DNA from: Felis catus
Taxonomy: Eukaryota
Reading direction: 5' to 3'
NCBI RefSeq assembly: GCF_018350175.1
Contig: NC_058368.1
Location: 226,734,001-226,798,000, forward strand
Length of the DNA: 64,000 nucleotides
This document shows positions 10,911-23,966 of the stretch, one piece after another (position 1 is the stretch's first letter; the number at the start of each line of letters is the position of its first letter). Below the pieces are notes generated by a model. It was not told the DNA's origin. It did not search any database and saw nothing but the letters and a program-made list of their open reading frames with translations. Both the position numbers and the translations under genes were made by a program.

Positions 10911-12199
10911 AAAAAAATGGGAAGAGTTAAATGGATTTTCAGAGACTCCAATCCCAATCCAGAAATGAGCTGAATCCACATTACCTTCATCCAAAGCGGT
11001 TTTCCGCTCACCTGGTCTTTGTAACTTTCCATCACTGTTTAAGGAACTTTCCCGAATCTGATCCTTTTGGGGGCGTAATTGAAGACAAACCCAGCAAAAA
11101 GTAGTGGATCAATGGAAGCTCATCTCAAAAGTAGAGCTAACAACCTGCTTTTTTTTTTTTACATGCAGTTGTCTTTTTGAGGATCTCCGGCCTTCTTCTG
11201 AGCTCTACGAGTCAGGACACCGACAGCAGAAGAAACTGAGGCTCAAAACTTTAAATACGTGGAGTCACCCAGGTGGTAAATGATAGATGTATTGAGGTTC
11301 TCAAGTCTTCTTCTCACAGAGGGGGTCACGGCCTCTCTCAACCTAGCCATTATTCATCTTGGCCACTGTCACCCCTTTATGGTTGGGTCACGGCCCAGGG
11401 TCTTTAATATCAGAGCAGAGCTAACAGTGACAAGTGAATTATAGTGACTAATGACATTTATCAACTTTGCAATTAAAGTCTTTACATATACTCAAGTCTC
11501 TATTGCCTACCATAAGGGGAAACAGAGATGATCCCGTTTAACAAACCCCAGTTTAAAACAAAATAGAAAAAAAAAAAACACTTGATTTTTAACATCTTCT
11601 GGTTATAAAATATAAATACGTGTTGTCGTAGTTACTATAAAAGCTTGCATGGAAACATGGTTAAGCAAAAAGAAGGAAAATTCCTGCCAAAAATAAAAAT
11701 GTATTCACATGTGTTTATTTTGATTTTTTAATTAAGATATTGTACAAATAAATGATTTTAACCAAGTTACCAAACACATAGAGATTTGTAAGCTTATGGA
11801 GAAAAGGATAGTGTGGTTTTCACCCTTGTGTTCCTAATATCTAGCAAAAATTTTAACACAAAGTAATTCCTCAGTAAAAACTTGCAGAGTAAATGAGTGT
11901 TGAACAAAGAGATAAAGTACTTTGAATGTTATTCCACTTTCTCTCTCTGCCTTTTTTAAGAGGCTGCAACCACTGAAAAGATCAAAAAACAAGTAAGCAT
12001 TCTAAATTACCCCAAAACAACAATACTAGGCAACTTGTTTTTCTCCAACCAGTGCCTTCCAACCTTGTTCCGGGAGCACCAGTTCCTGTGCTTTGGGAAC
12101 CAGTTTCACCAAGATTCCAACTGTGGGCTTCCAGTGGGAGCTTGTCAGTTGTGGAAGTCATGGTTGGTTTCTTGGCCAAGTGAGAGCCCATGATCAGGC

Positions 12200-13625
12200 T
12201 GCCCCGATTACCCACCTGCCCTTGTCCCTAAGTGGGGAGTAAGCAAGTGCTCCCTCCCTCCTTGCTAGACCTAGAGTAGAGTAGTATGTCCTGGCAGCAA
12301 ATCAGGACTTTTAGCAGCATCCAGGAGTCACAGGGCAACCCCACCACAGCATCAGTACAGACGATGTGGGTAGCCAGAAATTCTCACACCACCCAGCAGT
12401 AAGGAGGAGCCCCTTGCCTCCAGTGTCAACAGTGGTTGAGTGGGAAACCTGAACTTCTATCTCCACCTGGCAGTGATAAGGCGGCACAGTTAAAACAGAA
12501 AGCTTTAGGGGCGCCTGGGTGGCGCAGTCGGTTAAGCGTCTGACTTCAGCCAGGTCACGATCTCGCGGTCCGTGAGTTCGAGCCCCGCGTCAGGCTCTGG
12601 GCTGATGGCTCAGAGCCTGGAGCCTGTTTCCGATTCTGTGTCTCCCTCTCTCTCTGCCCCTCCCCCGTTCATGCTCTGTCTCTCTCTGTCCCAAAAATAA
12701 ATAAACGTTGAAAAAAAAAATTTAAAAAAAAAAAAAAAAACAGAAAGCTTTAACTTTATGTATTAATATTATATGTTAACTTTATATTACGACCCATAGT
12801 CTCGTGGTAGCATATGAAAATGACCAGGTTTCAATGGAAAACACTTGTCATACCAAGTACCAGGAAGATTTCAAATGAACGAAAGAAGACAATCAACAGA
12901 AACCAGCACCAAGATGATGGAGATGTTAGAATTATCGGGCAGAGATTTTAAGGCAGCCGTAGAAAAAGGTACTCAGTGAACAATTACACAAACGCTTGTG
13001 ATGCATGAAACAAGCAGAAAGCCTGAGCAAAGGAACAGAAGATATGAAGAAGGAGCCAAACAGGAATTTCAGAACCAAAATGGGAAAGCTCAGTGGGTGG
13101 GCTGACCAACAGAATGGAAGAGGCCAAAGAGAGAATCAGTGAATTGGAAAACAGGACAATAGATATTACTGAATCTGAAGAACAAGGAGAAAATAGTCTG
13201 AAAAAAGGACAAAGCCACAGGGACAGGCGGGATTATGATACAAGATCTAACATTAGTGTCGTCAGCATCTCAGAAGGAGATGAAAAAGAGGGAAGAGCTG
13301 AAAATCTACTTGAAGAAACAATGGCTAAAACCTTCCCAAATTCTTAAAATATGAAAGTCCTAGAAGTGGAGAGCAGCTTCGTGGTTGAACAGATTAAGGT
13401 GAGTTCAAAAGGGAAGTGAAGGATTATGAAAGGGCAACATAGATTTCTCATGATGAGGAATATATCTCAACCGTTTCCATGTCAGTATCAGGGTCGTGAC
13501 ATTATACTATAGTGTTATAAGATGTGACCACGGGGAGAAGTTGGGTAAAGGATAAATGGGATCCATTTGTATTCTTTTTTTACAGGTGCAAGACAATCTA
13601 CAATTATCTCAAAATAAAAGTATAA
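12200..13625 (+). mobile_element. Ancient L1 (L1MD-like): 5' UTR repeats, ORF1 remnant, 3' UTR, no ORF2
   Basis: ORF 13093-13347 (RMEEAKERISELENR...RSNISVVSISEGDEKE...ENLLEETMAKTFPN) is L1 ORF1p-like; 13350-13625 is an L1MD-type 3' end (atctacaattatctcaaaataaaa). Confidence 0.85.
12508..12736 (+). mobile_element. Young felid Can-SINE
   Basis: 16-bp TSD aaaacagaaagcttta at 12492-12507 and 12737-12752. Confidence 0.97.
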
Positions 13626-13630
13626 TTTGA

Positions 13631-13856
13631 GGGGCGCCTGGGTGGCGCAGCCGGTTAAGCGTCCGACTTCAGCCAGGTCACGATCTCGCGGTCCGTGAGT
13701 TCGAGCCCCGCGTCGGGCTCTGGGCTGATGATGGGCTCAGAGCCTGGAGCCTGTTTCCGATTCTGTGTCTCCCTCTCTCTCTGCCCCTCCCCCGTTCATG
13801 CTCTGTCTCTCTCTGTCCCAAAAATAAATAAATAAAAAAAAAAAACGTTAAAAAAA
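13631..13856 (+). mobile_element. Young felid Can-SINE
   Basis: 15-bp TSD aaaagtataatttga at 13616-13630 and 13857-13871. Confidence 0.97.
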
Positions 13857-15059
13857 AAAAGTATAATTTGAAAAAAAGAAGCCCTTTTCTTGCCATAAGA
13901 ACTATTTCTGCATATCCTTTCTGTGCTACCATTTACAATGCCTCCCACATCCCCTTCATACACATATGCTCCCCTGGGAGGGCAAAAGTCTTAACGAGAA
14001 ATGATTCCTTAGTGTTAATCAAATTTACATCTGAGTCTAGATTTAGGCAGAGAAGCCAAAAATGGTCCATACCCAAAACCATGAATTTCGGTTTATGAGA
14101 ATTAACAGAGTCTGTCGATGAATTGCTAAATGAAATTGTCCATTTGCTTTGTCCTATGTAGACCTGATTGCAAAAACAAAAACATAAGAGTAGAAAAACC
14201 TATGTTTTAGTTGATATTTACCCCTCTGTTTCTATTTTTCAGCAGTGACCTTTCAGCCACTATAATAAATATATCCACTCTCTGAGTAGCAAGAATACGT
14301 TCTTTTCCAGTAGCACATTTTTAGAATATTGAATTCAAAAGCAGCTGGACTTATAACACCTTAGGCCCCCATTTTCTCTGGGGGTCGAGCCACCCAAGTT
14401 CAGGTTAATCTCCTGCCCTTGGCGCTGATGATGGACAGGCTGCCTATAACTATATTAATGGAGCCCAAATGCCAGGAACCAATCAGAGCACGTCTTTCCT
14501 TCAGCGAGACTTAGGCTGAGAGGCGTGCAAAGGAGCAAGTCATTAAACACGTGCTTCCTTGGGAATGCTGTAGACAAAATCAAGTTTCTCATGAAACCCG
14601 TGTTAGGAAATATTCAAATGGTCATAAGAAATCTAGCTTGTAAAAGGAAAAAATGAGCCAAACGGTACTTTGTTCACATTTATGGTGACTTTAGTTTTCC
14701 TCTTGAGCATGCTGAGTTGCCTTCAAAAATCTGAATCACCTGCTTATCTTTAGTTATTTTCACATTTCAGAATATGGTTAGATTTCCATGTTCTTACTGC
14801 AGTTATATGGGAAGATGGCAACTTAGTTCTCGAGTCGACCTGTGTTTAAGTGTATGTTATCTGAAGGAGAAAATATTGTTTTTAAGTTAATATCAATTTA
14901 TTATCGAAATATGAAGCTGGATTCTTCACAAGGCAAATATTTGTTTCAAGTAGAAAATAAAGGTATAGATGCTTATCATGTCGCCCCCGCCAACAACATT
15001 TAGTGTGTTATTAATTAACCTGCAGAATGAGAGGAGAGGAAAAAGAACATGGACCAATT

Positions 15060-15265
15060 GTCTTTTATTATTGCCACTGTGCTGTTTTGAATTAAGTGTT
15101 TGCATGTCTCACTTAATGCTCACAACTTAATCAGGCAGTGCTTCTAGACTCCACTTTATGGATGAGGATACTGAGGCTCAGAGAAATGAGTAAATCCTGT
15201 AATGGTGCACAGCAAGACTGGAACCAAGATCGGTTTGCAAAGCCTATGATTTGTCTCACCACTTT
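15060..15265 (-). mobile_element. MIR fragment
   Basis: ccactttatggatgaggatactgaggctcagaga core. Confidence 0.65.
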
Positions 15266-15849
15266 CCGCCCCCAATTTCATGCCGTCACGTGCCACCCTA
15301 GTTTTGGACAAAGCCCAGCTTTCGACAGAGATAGTATGTGTTTAACTTAATAAAGAACGATACATCTTCTGACATCTGTGAAACTTAATTAGATTTCAAA
15401 CCCAATATTCGTTATGCAACGTGAATCTTCATCATAGCCACAATGATGAGTGGCTGGATATCTCGGAAATTTAATTTATATATTTTGATCATAATAAAGT
15501 AAATAGATGGCTTAATAGTTTATACGGGACTCTGGAAATCATCTCCTCACCAAAGTTTCCCTTCCAGCCCTGAAAAACCAAATAGCAAGTTGCTCTAATC
15601 CAAACTATCGTAATATTCACACACTCCCAAACAGGTGCACTTCACCCTTGATTCTGCGTGCAACAGGTAATTCCATATTTATTTAGACTGGTCCTTTATC
15701 CAGTAAGTATCCCATAACAGGGATAAGCCACCCAAGACCCCACAATAGCCCAGTCCGGCATCACAAAGTTCATGTGCTTCGCTGAGTATTATAGCATTCA
15801 GAGTCCTAACACACTTAATTATCTGGCTTGTTAGAACACAGCAAATTAG

Positions 15850-16101
15850 CAAACCAGAAAAGACTCTTAAATACAGAGAACAAACTGAGGGTTGCTGGCA
15901 GGGTGTTGGGTGGGGGGATGGGCTAGATGGGGGATGGGCATTAAGGAGGGTGCATGTTGGGATGAGCTCTGGATGTTGTATGTAAGTGATGAATCACTAC
16001 ATGTTACTCCTGACACTATTATTACACTATATGTGAACGAACTTGGATTGAAATAAAAATTAAAAAATAAGAAAATAAAAACAAAAAATAAATTTTTAAA
16101 A
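15850..16101 (+). mobile_element. 5'-truncated carnivore L1 (3' UTR and A tail)
   Basis: gactcttaaatacagagaacaaactgagggttg...gtaagtgatgaatcacta; TSD agaacacag[c/a]aaattag at 15833-15849 and 16102-16118. Confidence 0.92.
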
Positions 16102-16294
16102 AGAACACAGAAAATTAGAAGCAAGGCATGAGAAAGAGTATTGCTCAATGTATTTGACAAACTGCACAAAGTTAAGGCTAGTTATAGAGAGGGTGATGAC
16201 AGAAGTCTCTACAGGGACATGGAAAAACTGAATAAAAAGGGAAACAAGAAACAAATGAAAAACCCGGGGTGATGTAAACATGGGTCCTTGCCTT

Positions 16295-16620
16295 AGATAA
16301 GGTAATGCTAGCACCTGTAACAAACGAACATGTACATTTTAGTAACCTGGCTTAATACAACAGAAGTTTATTTTTGGCTCACAAAACAGTCTAAGCACAT
16401 GTCATTAGTCCCCCGGAGATTATTCTTCATTCATGGATCCGGCTTCTTCCATCTTGTAGACTCACCAACCACATCATCCACACACAGCTGGCAGAAGGCA
16501 CAAGGAGTAAGCGGAAAGTCATATCATATCACATCTGCTCACAACTCACCGGTAAGAACAAGTTAGATGGCCACAGTGGTACAAAGGAACCTGGGAAATG
16601 TAGTCTCTGGCTGCCCTGAT
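16295..16620 (-). mobile_element. Old MaLR LTR (MLT1K/L-like)
   Basis: tggcttaatacaacagaagtttattt...ctgggaaatgtagtct motifs. Confidence 0.55.
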
Positions 16621-16799
16621 GTCCCTAACAATCACCCCATGCTGTGGGAGAGAGGGAGAGAGAGAGAGAGAAATAGAAAGAGAGAACGCAGTGATAACGG
16701 TGAACATACACGTAACTTAAGTCTTTAGTAACCCCCCAAAACACCACTTTACTGTTTAACAATTAATACATAAAACTATTATATTTCAAACACTGTTGG

Positions 16800-17265
16800 C
16801 TGGCGCACGCAACACACATTTCATTTCCCCTTTGCTTCTCCCTTGCCTTTCTCCTCTCTCTAGTTCAAAAGGTAAATACTTGTTTTCCCAGAATCCCCAG
16901 CAGTCATGAATGGCCGTATGGCAATATCCTGGCCAACGAAATGTAAGCAAAATTCACCAGCGGCACCTGGAATAGATTTGGCTATGGAAATAAAACTCGG
17001 AGATAGCTTTGCCACTGTTTCCTTTCTTTTCTTCCTACATTCAACTCCACTGTTTCTTTGAAACTCTGGTAGCCATCCTGTGAATTTAAAGGAGACGCCA
17101 AGAGAGTTATAATGATGGTCACCTAGAGTGCTGAAGACATAAAGCCACGGGAACAAGATCAGCAACCTCCCACCTCCAAACTCAACTATCATGGAAGGAT
17201 AAAAACTGTCTTCAGGGCACTGTTAGATTTTCTGTTACTTAAGGCCAAGTGCATACCTAAGAAAT
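16800..17265 (+). mobile_element. Old MaLR LTR (MLT1I/J-like)
   Basis: tggccaacgaaatgtaagcaaaa ... cactgttagattttctgttactt...cctaa end motif. Confidence 0.6.
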
Positions 17266-17362
17266 ATGTATTTTGTTCATTTAAGAAGGAAGAAAAAGTA
17301 GACGATATAACAATATTTCCATTCATAATAGTTAAACTGTATTAAAATAGATCAATACTCAT

Positions 17363-17580
17363 GGGGCGCCTGGGTGGTTCAGTTGGTTAAGCGTCCGACT
17401 TTGGCTCAGGTCACGATCTCATGGTTTGTGAGTTCGAGGCCCACGTCGGGCTCGTGCTGACGGTTCAGGGCCTGGAGCCTGCTTTAGGTTCTGTGTCTCT
17501 GTCTCTCTCTGCCCGTCCCTCGCTCTCTCTCTCTCCTTCTCTCTCTCTCTCTCAAAAATAAATAAACACTAAAAAAAAAT
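17363..17580 (+). mobile_element. Can-SINE
   Basis: ggggcgcctgggtggttcag head, (CT)n, A tail. Confidence 0.95.
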
Positions 17581-17906
17581 GTTGATAGATTGAAACTTAA
17601 ACACGAAACTTAAATTATGTGGAAATATACGTGTACAAAACAGCAAACTTCCCACAATACTGGCCTGTTAAAATGATACTCTATTCACTTTCGATCATAT
17701 CTAATATATTACTGTATATATAAATAATACACATTTACTCCACATGAACAAATTGTATTTCAATGTCTTTATCAAGACTTAGTCTGTACTTAAAACCAAA
17801 ATCTCATGCTAGTAAGAAAGATGCAAAATAACAATGGAATATTACAGCACATTTTCTCTCTCAGCTATGAATAATATAAAACTTTCCTGGAATTCATTGT
17901 GACTTT

Positions 17907-18131
17907 TTTTTAAATTGTTTTTAGCGTTTTATTTATTTTTGAGACAGAGAGAGACAGAGCATGAACAGGGGAGGGGCAGAGAGAGAGGGAGACACAGAAT
18001 CGGAAGCAGGCTCCAGGCTCTGAGCCATCAGCCCAGAGCCCCACGCGGGGCTCGAACTCACGGACCGGACCGCGAGATCGTGACCTGAGCTGAAGTCGGA
18101 CGCTTAACCGACTGAGCCACCCAGGCACCCC
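17907..18131 (-). mobile_element. Can-SINE
   Basis: TSD cattgtgacttt at 17895-17906 and 18132-18143. Confidence 0.96.
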
Positions 18132-18399
18132 CATTGTGACTTTCTTGAAAAAGAAGTTTTAATACAACTTACAATTTGCTTCAAGGGCAAAAAAGTATGC
18201 ATTTTTGTTCTCTGGTAGTGATAAGTCAATTCCCTGATATAAGCAGTTTCCACATATATGTCACCTTTCTCTGCAAAACTCAAAGAACTGTCAGTATTGA
18301 TCCAACTACCCCCCTCCCATTTCTAGCTGAAATCGGGCACGTAGGGTGTGATTGGAAAAGGCTTTATGCAAGGTGTATAGGAGGTGATTTTTTTTGTGG

Positions 18400-19600
18400 C
18401 AATGGCTACTACGGCTGGAGTGATCAGAGAATGTGTTTCTGTGGATGTGACATTTGTGCTGAGAGTCGAACAATGAAAAGAATGCAGCCATATGCAGATG
18501 TGGGGAAAAGAGTATTCCAGACAGAGGAAACAACACATGTAAAGTCCCTAAGACTAGAATGAGCTTGGTGTATTCCAAAGCCAACAGGGGGCCAGTGTAT
18601 CAAACAGCTATTGCTATGATGATGTGATGTAACAGACCATCCCCAAACCCAATGCGTGTCTCACTTTGTTGCCCACGGGACTGTAGAGCAAGTGGGGCTG
18701 CTTTTATTCAGGCTTGTGGCTGACCTGGGCTTGGTGCCAGAATTCAGATCAAGTTCAGCTCTCCCCCGCAAGTCCCCCTGGAGTCCAGGCCGAAGGGGTG
18801 AAGGTATCTAGTGCCTCAGAGTGGGTCACAGGACTCAGAAAGGCCAGACCAAACTTTGCAAGCACCCTTTAAACTTCATAAGCGTCACAAACAAAAGAGA
18901 GTCGCATGGCTAAGTCTCAATCCAATACACGAGGGAGCTGCGTGGCTCACTTTTGTGCATTGCAAGGTCACAGGACAGGAGACTGAAGAATTAAGAAAAA
19001 TAATCTCTTGCAGCCAATATGGACGGAATGTTGCGAATAAGTGGAAACTTTACAGGTTTGCTGGAGCACAAGTCAGATCACGTAGGGTTTTGTGAGCATG
19101 ATAATAATTTTGAACTTCCTTTTAATTGTAACGCAAAGCAGGGTGATTTTCCGTAGGGAACTGATTTGATTTGACACATGTTTCAGATCAGCAGGTTTTA
19201 GTGTGGAGAACTGACAGACTCTTAGAAGCCCAGAGACCCGTTAAGATGCCCCAGCCCTAGAACAGGTGGGGGGGGGGGAAAAAGGGACTTTGATTAGCAC
19301 AATAGTGGGAGAAAGTAAAAAATGGCCAGATTCGAGGTGTATTTTGGAGGCAGAGCCAGCCAAACTCACCAGACTGCGTCTTGCATGAAATAAGAGGAAG
19401 ATGAAAGGTGGCCTCCAGGTTTCTGCTGGAACAAGAGGGTGGATGGTGGTTGGAAAGATGGGGGAAAAGCACCATAAGACTGGTTGTCCGGAGGGGCAGT
19501 TTGGTATCCAGAGATGTGCTCTGGACACATTAAACTTGAGAGAATAATTAGACAGGAATCACACGCAAGTAAGCTGTATCTAGGAACGGAGAGGTAGGTT
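18400..19600 (-). mobile_element. L2 fragment interrupted by an MLT1 LTR
   Basis: gtgacatttgtgctgagagtcgaa...gagtattccagacagaggaaaca; gattcgaggtgtattttggaggcagagcc. Confidence 0.72.
18596..19015 (-). mobile_element. MaLR LTR (MLT1G/H-like)
   Basis: tgtatcaaacagctattgct...tgtaacagaccatccccaaa terminal motif. Confidence 0.62.
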
Positions 19601-19829
19601 GTGCGGGCCTGATTACTTCCGTCATCTCTGAAGATCCGTCTCAGCTTCAAAACTCCTTCATCTGCTTAGGCTGTGCTTGTAGCTACATCGCCGCCCAACA
19701 TTTCCCTCTGCCCAGCCCCGCTCCCCAGCACTCCGTACCAGAACTATGGCGGAGAACACTTCCTGGGAAACCTCTACACGAATCTTCACCGAGAGAGTTT
19801 CCAGGGTTCCTGTTCCCTCAGGAACCGGC

Positions 19830-21240
19830 CCACGTCTTCTACATTCTGCTCGATTTCTCTTTGCCCTTTCATTTCAAAATTCCTTGAAGAGCTATCTATG
19901 CTCACTGCCCATACTTTCTCACTTCCCATTCTCTCCCTATTGTGTTTTGGTTTTGTTTCTGTTTTCCAAACCACTCCACTGAATCCAAATCCAATGACAT
20001 CCATCTTGCCAAAGCTTCCAGGTCATTTATCCAAGCCTCCTTAAACCCCGGTTCTGAATCCCAACATCATCACCTGATAGCATCAACTGTCCCTCCTGGG
20101 TGTGGTTATACGCAGACCCCAGAGATGACTCTGGCTCATCTTTTGAAGATTTCAGTGCTTGCTTCATTTTCCGCTCTCCAAACTCCCTTGTCCACATTCC
20201 CATGTGGACATCGCTTGTCCACGTTCCCAGCGATTTCAATATACAGGGAGATGATCCTTCCAACACCCCAGGAGTTGATGGATCACAGAGCCCCTTTATT
20301 GAATGAGTATATTCTCTGTCCCCCCTCAGCCACTGGCACCACTATAAACTCCACTTCAAGTACACCTTTCCAATAATGGCCTCCCATCTTTCCAGCCCAC
20401 GTCCTATATTACCATAACTTAGTTGGGTTCTTTTTCCTCACTTCACGCTACTGAAATGTGACAATGTTCGCTACATGCAGACCCACTATCCAGTGAGCTG
20501 ACCCACTTTGCACCGTCCCAAACTGCCCTCACAGTCTCAGTTCCCTCTTTAAGAAGATTAGTTCCTATCCATCATTAAAAATCATTTTCAACTCCTACGA
20601 CCTCATGCTGTGTTATTGCACTTAATTGGCCAAACCACAACCCAGAAAACCAACTGTCTATCTACTTAAATACTGTACTGACTTCAGCTGAATGTGGCTG
20701 AGAAAAATATGCCAGTACCCTAACCCAAAATGGACCTGCCCACCGTGCTCCGTTGTCCCAGCCATCTAGTGCCCCACTCTCCTAGATGGCTGCTTCATAC
20801 CATCTGTCTCCTCAACCTTCATCAGCACCCACGAATCCTCATTCTCAGCTGATGACTTGAATTTTTTAATCTGCTAAGAAAACAGAAACAAGAGAACTTT
20901 CTAGGCCCACGTTTCCACTCAGTCCCATGGATCTGTGCCTCTTATTCTTTCCACGCTCCCATCTGAGGTTAACCCTTCCAGGTATGTTCTAGATAACATT
21001 CCCTTTCACCCACATAGCCCCAACCATAATTCCCTCTCTTCCCTTCACTAGCAATTGTAGCAGATGCTGGACGTGCCTATTTCCCTGAGGGTTAACAGTT
21101 TAATGGATGCCAACTTATTTCCAACTGCCTTCACCCTCCTGCCCTCCAAAAATTTGTTCCCAGGCCCTTGGTTTAAACTGTCCTGTCCAATCACTCGTGC
21201 ATCCCTAGGACTGCCTTCGTCAATTGCCAAATCAGTTACT
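19830..21240 (+). mobile_element. Degenerate L2 fragments
   Basis: Pyrimidine-rich L2 ORF2-like motifs (accactccactgaa...ccaatgacatccatcttgccaaa; tctcagctgatgacttg). Confidence 0.55.
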
Positions 21241-21475
21241 TAGCGTATATGTGATAATTTACAAAGCTAATTACTGAACCTCATAGTTCCATTATGATCG
21301 TTATTCGGCCCCTCTGCAGAAGCTCCTAAACTTTGGCGGTTTGTCTACGCACATTTTATTTTTAGCTAAGTATTTCTGATAAAAAAAAAAAAAAAGGCAA
21401 GTTTGACTAAATAGCTCTGGTCACAAGCCCTGAAGGGTGAGCAAACACCCTGTGCTTAATATTAAAGGTTTCTCC

Positions 21476-21679
21476 GGGCGCCTGGGCGGCTCAGGCAGTT
21501 GAGCGACCAACTTCAGCTCAGGTCATGATCTCACGGTTTGTGAGTTCAAGCCCCACGTCGGGCTCTGTGCCGACAGCTCGGAGCCAGGAGCCTGCTTCGG
21601 ATTCTGTGTCTCCCTCTCTGTTCTGTCTCTCTCTGTCTCAGAAATAAATAAACATTAAAAAAAAAAAAAAAAAAAAAAA
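21476..21679 (+). mobile_element. Can-SINE
   Basis: Head gggcgcctgggcggctcag, long A tail, degenerate TSD. Confidence 0.95.
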
Positions 21680-23528
21680 GCTTTTCCATCCCGTCCCCAC
21701 CCATACACCAATATTTGTTGCTATCTTGTACTATCCAATACCGTAAACACTTGCATTCTGGAAACATCAACTGAGTGTGCCAATACATGTCTCAGTGTTG
21801 CCTGGCTCCAATGCAGCAGTGGGCATTTGATGAAGCAAGACTCTAGAATAATAAGAGCAATTCTGATGAATGTACTAGCCTGTTAAATAGAAATACTAAT
21901 TGCATTGTCTTTGGGAAAAGGGTCCTTCTAGTTTAACAGAAACACGATTTTCTATGATATAAACACATTTTGTTTTATTTCCTCCTGTCTTGCCTCATAA
22001 ACTCATAATATGAAGAGGAAAGAGAGGGCACTTCAGCGGGCGTTGAGGGTAAAGAAGAGGCAGTACGTTAGGAGAGATTTGTTTCTATGGGCTCCACTTT
22101 TCTCTATTAATAATGCTTAGATTCGTAAACAGTATGGATCACCAGCAAAGAACAACCTTCCCTCTCTTTCCCCCCGGCCTCATTCATATCCCCTAAATAC
22201 ATTCACATGCCTTTCTTTACTTGAAAAATTTCTGCTGTCCTTTCAAAGAACAGATCTAATAATTTCTTCATGTTCAGGATGACAGCAACCTCCCTCCATT
22301 CCTCTCCTACCCAGTCACTAATTTTTTATATCTATGCTGTATTTTCTATATAATACTAACTGACCATTTTTGTGGGCTGCTTACATAAATGTTTTCTGGA
22401 TTCTGAAATTCTCAAGAGCAGAGACCATGTTTTTTTTCTTTTACACTCAGTGTATTATATTCAGTACCTAATAAATGAATACATTGGTGACAAACTGAGT
22501 AAATGAAGTCAATGTTGTTGCCTAATGAACAGGAAAAGAAATAGAATTGCTAAAAGAGAAAGAAAAAACATCTAGATACACTAGACACACTAACACAATT
22601 GTCTTTGGGGTGAATGGAAAATGCTATATTAGCTCTATCCTCCTAAGATGGGAGTGTTTGTTTCCCTGAGTGTAAAGAGACCAGTGGACAAAATGTATAA
22701 GGTCAACATGACCGCCTCCTCCTGGGAAGACCTTCTCTCACACTGGCCCCAACTTTTGCCTGGCAAGTGAAAGGAACTGTGACCACAGGCCAACAGAGAA
22801 TATACACGGAGTCATTTCTCTTATTCTCAGTGAGCAAAGCCGTATTTGGAACTGACAAAGGAGCCGTCCACATCAAAAGGGAGACCCAACAAAATGGTAA
22901 GGTGCTCCCAAAACAAGCTATCATGGTAGAACACCCCTGTTGTCATCTTTGAGGAAGAGAAGAATGGCAATTCAGGAGGATAGGGGATGGGCTTAGAGGT
23001 AAAGTCAAGACCTTGGCTTGACCAACAAGTCACAGGCTGCATTCTGCTGCTGGCTTTCAATCATAGATGAGATGTGAAACCTGTCCATCCAAAAGAGGTA
23101 AAGCCAGACTCTGGCTCAGTGAAGAACAACTTGAAAATAGTTGGACCAGCACAAGGGACCCAGGGCACACTAGGAGGTATAGAGGTATATGGGCCCTGCT
23201 AGGTTCTAGGAAGGAGAGATTAAGAGACTGAACAGAACCACATTTTCCAAAGAGCATACTCTAGACCAGTATCTAATAATGTGTTCCATGAATGTAGGTT
23301 CTTTGGACAAACAATAGAGCCAACACTTCCCAGCACTCTCTCTGCTTCATACCCAGCTTGAAACTTTCTAAATAATTTCTCATTATCAAGGGATAAAATA
23401 TGAAAAGAAATATTTTTAATTTCAACATGACAGTTGATGCTCCAGCTGAACAAGGAGTATCTGCCTTGCCTGGGCTTCTCCCATTGGTCCCCCAGTCATC
23501 CTATGTTCTATCTAACACGACTCTCTTA

Positions 23529-23966
23529 GGGCACCAGGGTAGCTCATTTGGTTGAGTGTCCGACTTCGGCTCAGGTCATGATCTCAAGGTTTGTGAGTTC
23601 AAGCCCCGCGTCGGGCGCTGTGCTGACGGCTCAGAGCCTGGAGCCTGCTTTGGATTCTGTGCCTCCTCTCTCTGCCCCTCCCCCACTCATGCTCTGTCTC
23701 TCTGGGTCTCACAAATAAATAAACATTAAAAAAATAAATTAAAAAATTTTTTTTTAAGTTTATTTATTTTGAGAGACAGAACAGAGGAAGGGCAGAGAGA
23801 CAAGGAGAGAGAAAATCCCAGGCAGGCTCCATGCTATCAGCAGGGAGCCCCATGTGGGGCTCGAACTCAAGAACTGTGAGATCATGGCCTGAGCTGAAAC
23901 CAAGAGTTGAACATTTAACCGACTGAGCCACACAGGTGCCCCCATAAAAATTTTTTTTTTTTTAAT
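23529..23966 (+). mobile_element. Can-SINE whose tail hosts a second, antisense SINE
   Basis: Outer TSD gactctctt at 23519-23527 and 23967-23975. Confidence 0.9.
23756..23943 (-). mobile_element. Can-SINE nested in the previous SINE's tail
   Basis: aaaaattttttttt on both sides (23742-23755 and 23946-23959). Confidence 0.92.

Noticed and set aside
10490-10994. ERER/LSLS-rich ORFs, and the many recurring GAPGWRSRLSVRLQPGH or GQRETEHERGRGRE ORFs elsewhere
   Set aside because: Translations of Can-SINE bodies and (CT)n tracts, not genes.
12508-12590. tRNA-like A/B boxes in SINE heads
   Set aside because: These are tRNA-derived SINE promoters, not tRNA genes.
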